Below the pieces are notes generated by a model. It worked only from the letters and a program-made list of their open reading frames with translations, had not been told where the DNA came from and did no database searches. Below are positions 1-7,347 of a stretch of 62,660 nucleotides of DNA, piece after piece (the stretch's first letter is position 1; the number at the start of each line of letters is the position of its first letter). The position numbers and the translations under genes are program-made. The DNA comes from Bacillota bacterium (GTDB lineage: Bacteria; Bacillota_I; Bacilli_A; RFN20; CAG-826). The stretch lies in the NCBI GenBank assembly GCA_036788815.1, contig DAIQMS010000004.1, forward strand, positions 1-62,660. Direction: 5' to 3'.

Positions 1-2
1 CG

Positions 3-1256
3 ACGGCCCAATCAAAAATAGTAACGTTGACTTCGGCGCCGGACATCACTTCGGCCTCGACGGAACCGGGCTTGGTTTTCACCAATCTCGACAATGGGGG
101 AAATACCTCAACGAGTCTTGTCATCGCCTCGGATTCGACCGCTCGGTTTAACCTTTGCAAAATCGTATTGACTCTCGGAAGTTCTTCGCCCGTCGTCTCT
201 TCCAGTTCCGTTTCTTCTTATTCCTCGGCAGTTGGTGGGACTCCACTCAACGTTTACGCGATCGAACAGACGGGAAAATATGGCGATTGTACCTTGTTTA
301 AATACGGGAATTACGAAGCCCTCTTCGATTTCGGAAATACCGGCTCGCAAGCGCAGCTCGCCGAAGCCCTCTCGACGTATGTGACTGACCACGTTTTGGA
401 CTTGGTCGTCTTGACCCATCCTCATACCGATCACTATGGCGGAGTCTATGGTGGGACTACTTCGGCAGGGAACGGTGGAACTTTGATCGATGGAGGGATC
501 ACCTCCGTCACGAAAATCATCGATAACGGGGCGGATGGTTATTCGGCAGCCTCCTATGCGACCTATTGGACGAATGGCGTCCGCTCTTATTGGGTGGGCA
601 AAGGGGCTGTTTATACTCCGATAGCCTCTGTCGTCTCAGGGCATATGTACGATGCGACTTGGACGCTTTCGGGGCCGCTCAGCGTTCAATGGCTCGATAC
701 GAGCAATTATCCGACGGTTGGAGGAGCGGGGCCGACCGATGCCAATGAGGGAAGCGTCGCCTGCGATATGAAATTCGGGACTTATGATTTCATCATGTGC
801 GGCGACCTCCCCAGCACTCCGGAAGAGACCTTGGTGACGAATTATACGGGCCATGCCTTCATCGATAGCGGAGACACCGTAATCTATAAAGCCTGCCATC
901 ATTGCTCAAGCACGTCGAATAGCGCAAACTTCCTCGCGTTCCTCAAACCGACTTATGGTTTTACCGAAAGCGGGATTGATGATGGAAACGCGACATCATC
1001 GGGTGTTGTGAGCAATCAGCATCCTTACGCGGATGCCCGGACCAGGATTGAAACCTACACCGGGGCTGATCACCTTTGGTGGGTGGGGACTTGCGGGACG
1101 TTAACGATGACGATTCCTTCGGATTATTCTTCATTCACGATCCACGGGGCGGGGAGAAAGTACGGTACCTATTACTATAACGGCCTTGTGGTGGATCCCG
1201 ATTCGGAAAAAGACACGCCTCTCGAATCGACGAAATGGGCCTCGACTGGCCATTGA
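3..1256 (+). CDS. ComEC/Rec2-type MBL-fold metallo-hydrolase (probable exported nuclease/phosphoesterase), 5'-truncated by the window edge
   Basis: Frame is open from base 3. Motifs THPHTDHYGG (HxHxDH), NEGSV, MCGDL, KACHHCS, NQHPY. A Ser-rich linker precedes the catalytic domain. Confidence 0.8.
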   Translation, partial: TAQSKIVTLTSAPDITSASTEPGLVFTNLDNGGNTSTSLVIASDSTARFNLCKIVLTLGSSSPVVSSSSVSSYSSAVGGTPLNVYAIEQTGKYGDCTLFKYGNYEALFDFGNTGSQAQLAEALSTYVTDHVLDLVVLTHPHTDHYGGVYGGTTSAGNGGTLIDGGITSVTKIIDNGADGYSAASYATYWTNGVRSYWVGKGAVYTPIASVVSGHMYDATWTLSGPLSVQWLDTSNYPTVGGAGPTDANEGSVACDMKFGTYDFIMCGDLPSTPEETLVTNYTGHAFIDSGDTVIYKACHHCSSTSNSANFLAFLKPTYGFTESGIDDGNATSSGVVSNQHPYADARTRIETYTGADHLWWVGTCGTLTMTIPSDYSSFTIHGAGRKYGTYYYNGLVVDPDSEKDTPLESTKWASTGH

Positions 1257-1328
1257 TTTTGCGTGATTTCTTTATCTCTATATGGCATACTTTTTAGCCG
1301 CTAAAGATCATTTTTAGGACCAAACCCA

Positions 1329-2612
1329 ATGAAAAAGAAAACGATTCTCGCTCTCTCAAGCGCTGTTGTGGTGGGTCTTTTGGCTGTATCTTTAGTTAGC
1401 GTTACGGCCCTTGAATGGGCGAAAGCCGAAGGAAACGCTACTAGTTGTGCCAAAATCGAATTTGGGACGACCACGAATAACAATGCCTCGGAATTAGGAA
1501 CTGACACGAGCAAATTTTCCGTTAGTGGGATGACCATTAATTCCATCTCATCGACTAAGGTTTATTGCTCTACTCTTGGTGAGGCCGCTAAATTGGGCTC
1601 ATCGAGCGCCGGCGGATCCTTGACCGTGACTTTTGATTCTTTATTAATCACTTCGATTCGTCTTTTCGCTTTTGAATATTCTACGAGCGAGGGAACTGCG
1701 GGGATTACGGTTCAAACTTCGGCCCTAGCAGCCGCTCAAGATGGCAGCGTTTCAAACTCGGCCGCGCCGGATTTGACTGCTTTATCTGGGACTGGAATCT
1801 ATCTTTTTTCCGGTCTGGATGGTGGAACCGGAACTTCATCAACCAGCCTGACGATCGCCTCGCCCTCCAAACGATTCTATTTGTCCAAAATTCTTTTGAC
1901 GATCAATGGGTCTTCAGCGCCAGCAAGCAGTTCGAGCGCCGCGAGCTTCTCTGGTGCCTCTTTGAGCAGCAGCGTGGCTTCCGCCTTCCCCGTTTTAAGC
2001 TCTTATGATTATCGGATCGCCCCTAATTATTCCGCCAGCGCTTCAACCATGCCGATTTATAATGTGGCTTTAATCAGCGGGAGTTACAAAGCACAAACGG
2101 CGACCGCAATTACGAAAACAACGGATTGCCTGAACGCGGAGCAAGTGGCGGAATATTATGTGAGTTTCCGTACGCTTCCGCCGAACTACTTCCCGTCAAC
2201 GAGCCAAGCGATAAACTACGGGAAAAACGGCCGGGTCGTTTCGACTTACACTTCGGGTGGTACCCATACCTATGACTATACGGTGAAATTGGGAACTTGG
2301 AATGTGACGTCCGGTGGAACCTATTACGAATTCGATATCGATCTCACCGGGAGTTACAACACCGGTAGCTCTATTTCCCGTGGTTCTGGCCGAGTGGTGG
2401 CGATTGTCGACGGCATCACGGATTACGGTTCAGATCCCGTTTGCTATTACACTGAGGATCATTACGCCGATTTTAAGGAATACTACAACTTCTATAAGGG
2501 CTGGAGCCCCCTTTTCGCCGGGGTCTACAACAAGAGCGGAACCTACGAGAACAGCCCGAAAACCACCTTATCCCGCCCGAGCGTTCCAACCGTCTCTTAT
2601 ACCCTTGCCTGA
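1329..2612 (+). CDS. Secreted protein: signal peptide, beta-rich N-terminal module, Ser-rich linker and C-terminal barnase/binase-like ribonuclease domain
   Basis: N-terminus MKKKTILALSSAVVVGLLAV...WAKA looks like an SPI signal. The C-terminal segments VAEYYVSFRTLPPNY, YYEFDI, RGSGR and YYTEDHYADF match barnase VADYLQTYHKLPDNY, WREADI, RNSDR and YKTTDHYQTF. Confidence 0.75.
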   Translation: MKKKTILALSSAVVVGLLAVSLVSVTALEWAKAEGNATSCAKIEFGTTTNNNASELGTDTSKFSVSGMTINSISSTKVYCSTLGEAAKLGSSSAGGSLTVTFDSLLITSIRLFAFEYSTSEGTAGITVQTSALAAAQDGSVSNSAAPDLTALSGTGIYLFSGLDGGTGTSSTSLTIASPSKRFYLSKILLTINGSSAPASSSSAASFSGASLSSSVASAFPVLSSYDYRIAPNYSASASTMPIYNVALISGSYKAQTATAITKTTDCLNAEQVAEYYVSFRTLPPNYFPSTSQAINYGKNGRVVSTYTSGGTHTYDYTVKLGTWNVTSGGTYYEFDIDLTGSYNTGSSISRGSGRVVAIVDGITDYGSDPVCYYTEDHYADFKEYYNFYKGWSPLFAGVYNKSGTYENSPKTTLSRPSVPTVSYTLA

Positions 2613-2650
2613 TTTTATGGCGGATTCCGTGAAAGGGTGCTAAGATACTC

Positions 2651-2830
2651 GCGAAGAAAAGTCTCTTCTGAGCGAGGGCCGCAGGATGGAAAGGCCTAAG
2701 AGACAAGCCACTTCGACGATCTGGGAGCAATGTCCCCGCGCTTCGCGTTAAGAAGAGAATGAAGATGCACCTCGAGTGAAGAAGGATGGTACCGCGCGAA
2801 TCCGCGTTCCTTCGATGGGGTGTTTTATTT
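2651..2830 (+). promoter_or_regulatory. T-box riboswitch leader of alaS (Ala specifier GCC)
   Basis: Stem I GAAG-aaaa-GTCTCTT...AAGAGAC-aagcca-CTTC carries GCC at 2707-2709, with AGCGA and GGATGGAA boxes. T-box GAAGGATGGTACCGCG at 2781-2796 can pair with CGCGTTCCTT and is followed by a T-rich tail. Confidence 0.9.
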
Positions 2831-2852
2831 TTGTTTCAAGGAGGATTTCTTC

Positions 2853-5462
2853 ATGAAATCATTAACCGGTTCCGAGATCCGTCAAACCTGGATCAAATTC
2901 TTTGAGAGCAAGGGCCATAAATGGCTCCCGGGCGTTTCGCTTATCCCCGTTGGGGATAAGTCCCTGCTTTGGGTCAACGCCGGCGTCACCGGACTCAAGC
3001 ATTATTTCGATGGCTCCGAAGTTCCGCCTTGCCGGAGAATCGTAAATGTCCAGAAATCAATCCGGACCAACGACATCGAAAACGTCGGCCATACCGCCAG
3101 ACACCATACCTTCTTCGAGATGCTCGGCAATTTCTCAATCGGGGATTATTTCCGAAAGGAAGTCATCGCCTGGGCCTTTGAGATCCTGACCGATCCGGTT
3201 CATGGCTTCGGGATGGACAAAGACAAGCTTTATATGACGTATAACCCCGCCGATAAGGAATCGTGGGAGCTTTGGCAGAAGCAAGGCGTCGAGGCATCGC
3301 ACCTTATTCCGCTCGAAGGCAACTATTGGCAGATTGGCGAAGGACCGTGCGGCCCGAACACCGAGGTTTTCTACGATCGCGGCGAGAAGTGGGACCCGAA
3401 GCATCTCGGCGTCAAGCTTTTGGCCGATGATATCGAAAATGATCGTTACATCGAAATCTGGGGCATCGTCTTCAGCCAATACAACGCCGTCAATGGCGTC
3501 CCGCGGGAGCAATACAAAGAACTGCCGTCGAAGAACATCGATACCGGCTCGGGGCTTGAGCGGATCGCCTGCATTCTTCAGGGCACTCCGACGAACTTCG
3601 AAACCGATCTCTTCATGCCGATCATCAAAGCCACCGAGAAACTCTCGGGCGCTTCGTATGATAAGCCGGAGAACAAGATGGCCTTCCGGGTCATCGCCGA
3701 TCACGCCCGCTGCCTCACCTTCGCGCTGAGCGATGGGGCGACCTTCTCGAACGAAGGCCGGGGCTATGTCCTACGGCGAATCATCCGTCGGGCGATGCGC
3801 TATGGCCAGAAGCTTGGCATCAAAGATCCCTTCATGTACAAACTCGTGAAGGTGGTGGCCGACAAATACAATGATTTTTATCCTTACCTTGAGGATCACG
3901 TGGACGAAGTGAGCAAGATGATCCTTTCGGAAGAGGAGAAGTTCCTCAAGACCCTCACCTCGGGCGAAGAGATTCTCCACGAAATGATGAAGGGCAAAAA
4001 AGAACTCTCCGGCGAAGAGGTCTTCAAGCTTTACGACACCTATGGTTTCCCGAGCGACCTCACCAAAGAGATCGCTGCCGAAAATGGCGTCTCGAGCGAT
4101 ATGGATGGCTTCGAGAAGTGCATGGAAGAGCAGCGTGAACGCGCCCGGAATGCCCGGGGCGAGATCGAATCCTTCCATAAGCAATCGAAGGATCTTTTGG
4201 CTTTCAAAATGCCGTCGGAATTCCTTTATGATCAGGATAGCGTCGAAGCGACCGTCACCGGATTATTCGTCGATGGCGTCGCTGTTTCCTCGATCGATGA
4301 AAAAGGCGAAGTCGCCTTTGATAAGACTCCGTTCTACGCTGAAATGGGCGGACAGGTGAGCGATACGGGCTTCCTCAAGAGCAAGACTTTCGAAGCGGAA
4401 GTCACCTCCGTGAGCGTCGCCCCGAACCGTCAGCATCTTCACCAGATCGGCGTGAAGTTCGGCACCCTCAAAGTCGGGGACAAAGTCACGTTGTCGATTG
4501 ATGCTTCACGGAGACGGCTGATCGAGCGCAATCACTCGGCGACCCACCTTCTCCACAAGGCCCTTTGCGATGTCTTGGGGAGCCACGTCGATCAGAAAGG
4601 CTCCTATGTCGATGAGAATTACCTCCGTTTCGATTTCTCCTCGAGCCGCAAATTGACTGCGGAAGAACTCCGGAGCATCGAAGAGGAAGTCAACGCCAAG
4701 ATCGCGGAAGCGATCCCGGAGAAGACGGAGATCCTGCCGATCGAAGAAGCGAAGAAGCTCGGAGCCGAAATGGAATTCTCCGAGAAGTACGGCGCGAATG
4801 TCCGCGTCGTTGAATTCGGCGATTATTCGAAAGAATTCTGCGGTGGCACCCACGTCCATAATTCATCGGACATCGGCGTCTTCGCCCTCGTTGAAGAAGG
4901 CGCGGTTGCTTCAGGCATCCGCCGGATTCAGGGCACGACGAGTGAGGGAGCCTATAAGTATTTGGCCAATCGCTCCCGCTTACTCAATGAAAGCGAAGCC
5001 CTCCTTTCGGCAGCCGATATCGATGTGCTCTCCCACGTTAAGAACGCCCTCGAAGAGAAATCGCTCCTCGAGAAGTCCTTAGCCCAAGAGAAAGCGAAGC
5101 TCGCCGAGATCGAAGCCAAGAGCCTCGCGAATGATGCGAAAGTCGTGAACGGGATCGCCTTATCCGTTCTCCTCAAAGAAGGGGCGTCCCGTCAGGATCT
5201 TTTGACCCTTGGCGATTCGCTCAAAGCCAAGTCGGCCGATTACGTGATCGTCTTGCTCGGCGGGAAAGAGGGCGCCCGTCCGCTCGTCAGTTTCATCGGC
5301 GGGAAAGCGCTTAATAAAGTCAAAGCGGGGGATCTCGTCAAAGAGCTCGCCCATCTTCTCAATGGTTCAGGTGGCGGAAAAGCCGAGATGGCCTCGGGCC
5401 AAGTCAAGACTTCTCAGGGCTTCCTCGACGCGGTAAAATCGTTAGAGGAGAAACTCGCGTGA
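2853..5462 (+). CDS. alaS: Alanine--tRNA ligase
   Basis: WVNAGVTGLK, RHHTFFEMLGNFS, NHSATHLLH, EFCGGTHV, GGGK. SD AAGGAGG precedes the ATG at 2853. Confidence 0.98.
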   Translation: MKSLTGSEIRQTWIKFFESKGHKWLPGVSLIPVGDKSLLWVNAGVTGLKHYFDGSEVPPCRRIVNVQKSIRTNDIENVGHTARHHTFFEMLGNFSIGDYFRKEVIAWAFEILTDPVHGFGMDKDKLYMTYNPADKESWELWQKQGVEASHLIPLEGNYWQIGEGPCGPNTEVFYDRGEKWDPKHLGVKLLADDIENDRYIEIWGIVFSQYNAVNGVPREQYKELPSKNIDTGSGLERIACILQGTPTNFETDLFMPIIKATEKLSGASYDKPENKMAFRVIADHARCLTFALSDGATFSNEGRGYVLRRIIRRAMRYGQKLGIKDPFMYKLVKVVADKYNDFYPYLEDHVDEVSKMILSEEEKFLKTLTSGEEILHEMMKGKKELSGEEVFKLYDTYGFPSDLTKEIAAENGVSSDMDGFEKCMEEQRERARNARGEIESFHKQSKDLLAFKMPSEFLYDQDSVEATVTGLFVDGVAVSSIDEKGEVAFDKTPFYAEMGGQVSDTGFLKSKTFEAEVTSVSVAPNRQHLHQIGVKFGTLKVGDKVTLSIDASRRRLIERNHSATHLLHKALCDVLGSHVDQKGSYVDENYLRFDFSSSRKLTAEELRSIEEEVNAKIAEAIPEKTEILPIEEAKKLGAEMEFSEKYGANVRVVEFGDYSKEFCGGTHVHNSSDIGVFALVEEGAVASGIRRIQGTTSEGAYKYLANRSRLLNESEALLSAADIDVLSHVKNALEEKSLLEKSLAQEKAKLAEIEAKSLANDAKVVNGIALSVLLKEGASRQDLLTLGDSLKAKSADYVIVLLGGKEGARPLVSFIGGKALNKVKAGDLVKELAHLLNGSGGGKAEMASGQVKTSQGFLDAVKSLEEKLA

Positions 5463-5890
5463 AGAAAGTGCTCGGACTCGATTTAGGGACAAGAAGCTGC
5501 GGCATCGCCGAAAGCGATACGTTAGGCATCGCCCACCCGAAAGAGGAATTCCGTTTTCTTGAAGGGGCCTACCGCCAATGCCTGGCCCATCTTGCCGAGA
5601 TCATCAAGCGCGATGAGATCCACGAAATCGCCTTGGGCTATCCGCTTAATATGGATGGCTCAGCTGGCGAAAGCGCCAAGCGGAGCGAGCGCTTCAAAGA
5701 CGAGCTCCTCCAAATGGATCCGACTCTGGAAGTCACGTTGGTTGATGAGCGTCTTACGACGGTCATGGCTTCGAAACGGCTCTTGGAAGCCGATCTCTCC
5801 CGCGGCAAACGCCACGCGGTGATCGACCAGCAAGCCGCCCAAGTGATTCTCGAAAGCTATCTCAATGCCAAGAATGGAGGCAGTTACTGA
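5459..5890 (+). CDS. ruvX: YqgF/RuvX pre-16S rRNA nuclease / Holliday junction resolvase-like protein
   Basis: LGLDLGT, GYPLNMDGS, VDERLTT, IDQQAA; usual position after alaS. Confidence 0.93.
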   Translation: MKKVLGLDLGTRSCGIAESDTLGIAHPKEEFRFLEGAYRQCLAHLAEIIKRDEIHEIALGYPLNMDGSAGESAKRSERFKDELLQMDPTLEVTLVDERLTTVMASKRLLEADLSRGKRHAVIDQQAAQVILESYLNAKNGGSY

Positions 5891-6153
5891 TGTTTGAAAT
5901 CCAAGACAATACGATTCAGATCACGAAGGAAGATGGAACCACCGAGAGTTGGCGCATCTACTTTTATTACCACAACGACACCCGGAAAAAGGATTACTAT
6001 CTGATCTATCAGGATGGCGATCCGGATTCGCTTCTCGTCATGGCGAGCGCCGATGGAAAAGAACTCTCCAACGTTTCGGAAGAGGAATTCCAAGAAGCTC
6101 AGGAAATGCTCGAGACCTACGAGAAGGACCCGAAGATCCAGACGTTGAAGTAG
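5890..6153 (+). CDS. DUF1292/YrzB-like small acidic protein
   Basis: 87 aa, acidic (ITKEDGTTE...YYLIY...EEEFQEAQEML); usual position after alaS-ruvX. Confidence 0.65.
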   Translation: MFEIQDNTIQITKEDGTTESWRIYFYYHNDTRKKDYYLIYQDGDPDSLLVMASADGKELSNVSEEEFQEAQEMLETYEKDPKIQTLK

Positions 6154-6160
6154 TCTTTCC

Positions 6161-6189
6161 TTGTGAAAAGGGGTGGGAATCCCTATAAT
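6161..6189 (+). promoter_or_regulatory. SigA-type promoter of greA
   Basis: TTGTGA-17 nt-TATAAT. Confidence 0.7.
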
Positions 6190-6223
6190 CAATCCCGTTA
6201 GAACGAGTGAGGAATTAACAATT

Positions 6224-6706
6224 ATGGCAGAAGATAAGATGATCATGACCAAAGATGGCATGGACAAACTCGAAAAAGAGTACCGCCATCTCATCGATGT
6301 TGAACGTCCGGACGTCATCGCAGCCCTTCAGGCCGCCCGCGCCCAAGGCGACCTTTCCGAAAACGCCGATTATGATGCGGCCCGCAATAGACAGGCCCAG
6401 ATCGAAGCCCGGATCACCGAGATCGAGCACATCAAAGACATCGCCGTCGTGGTCGAAGAAGGCAAGCAGGGCAAGAAGATCTCGCTCGGCAACCTCGTGA
6501 CCTACAAAGAGAAAGATGGTTCTGAAACGACCGTGAAGATCGTCGGCACCGTCGAAGCCGATCCCTTTGCCACGCCCTATCCCTTGATTTCGAATGAGTC
6601 CGCCTTAGGCGTCGCGCTTCTCGGCCAAGTCGCCGGCAGCTCGATCACGGTCGAAAGCGATGAGCCCTACGAGATTGAGATCGAAAAAGTCGAAGTCGCG
6701 AAGTAA
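6224..6706 (+). CDS. greA: Transcription elongation factor GreA
   Basis: ARAQGDLSENADYDAA, ISNESALGVALLG. Confidence 0.97.
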   Translation: MAEDKMIMTKDGMDKLEKEYRHLIDVERPDVIAALQAARAQGDLSENADYDAARNRQAQIEARITEIEHIKDIAVVVEEGKQGKKISLGNLVTYKEKDGSETTVKIVGTVEADPFATPYPLISNESALGVALLGQVAGSSITVESDEPYEIEIEKVEVAK

Positions 6707-6725
6707 CGATCATTGCTGATCAATT

Positions 6726-6754
6726 AAGGTTCCTTCGGGAACCTTTTTTATTTT
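6726..6754 (+). terminator. Intrinsic terminator after greA
   Basis: AAGGTTCC-TTCG-GGAACCTT followed by TTTTATTTT. Confidence 0.85.
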
Positions 6755-6755
6755 C

Positions 6756-6791
6756 TGGGGCACGAATGGCTTTTTCTTGCCTATGGATATG
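6756..6791 (+). promoter_or_regulatory. Conserved upstream motif, copy 1 (TGGGGCAC-N8-TTTTCTTG-N-CTATNGATATG), upstream of comEA
   Basis: Ungapped match to 35785-35820. Confidence 0.7.
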
Positions 6792-6804
6792 TGGAGGGAT
6801 CAGC

Positions 6805-7347
6805 ATGTTCAAAACCATCATTGCCATCATCATCACGACCGTCGTCGTCCTCATCATCATGGCCGTCGTCGACAAGACGACCGCCCAAATCGTGGATTCC
6901 ACGCCCACGAGCACAAGCCAAAGCGCGTCCGACAGCCTTCAGGTCACGATCACCGGCGAGGTCAATCACACCGGGACCTACCTCTTGGCCCTCAAATCGA
7001 CCCTCAAGGATCTCCTCGATGCCGCCGGGGGCGCCACCTCGAATGCCGATCCGAAGGCTTATGACACGAGCTTTCTTTTGGAGAACAAGGAAACTTTTTA
7101 CATCGCGCCGATCTATGATAACGGGAACACCTGCGCGGTCACGCCGATCAGCAAGGTCTGCATCAATACCGCCGATAAAACGGCCTTATTGGGCGTCAAT
7201 GCTTTCTCGACGACCATCGCGAGCGCGATCGTGAGCTACCGGGAAACGAATGGAGCCTTCAAGCGGATCGAGGATCTCAAGAACGTCTCCGGCATCGGCA
7301 ACGCCACCTTCGAGAAATGCAAAAACTACGTCAGCTTGACGGAATAG
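6805..7347 (+). CDS. comEA: Competence DNA receptor ComEA
   Basis: N-terminal TM anchor, SLBB-like VTITGEVNHTGTY and C-terminal HhH (INTAD...AIVSYRETNGAFKRIEDLKNVSGIG). SD GGAGG. Confidence 0.92.
   Translation: MFKTIIAIIITTVVVLIIMAVVDKTTAQIVDSTPTSTSQSASDSLQVTITGEVNHTGTYLLALKSTLKDLLDAAGGATSNADPKAYDTSFLLENKETFYIAPIYDNGNTCAVTPISKVCINTADKTALLGVNAFSTTIASAIVSYRETNGAFKRIEDLKNVSGIGNATFEKCKNYVSLTE

Noticed and set aside
2314-2730. Short ORFs 2314-2643 (+) and 2473-2730 (-) as a possible barstar
   Set aside because: They overlap the RNase gene and the T-box leader and show no barstar-like sequence.
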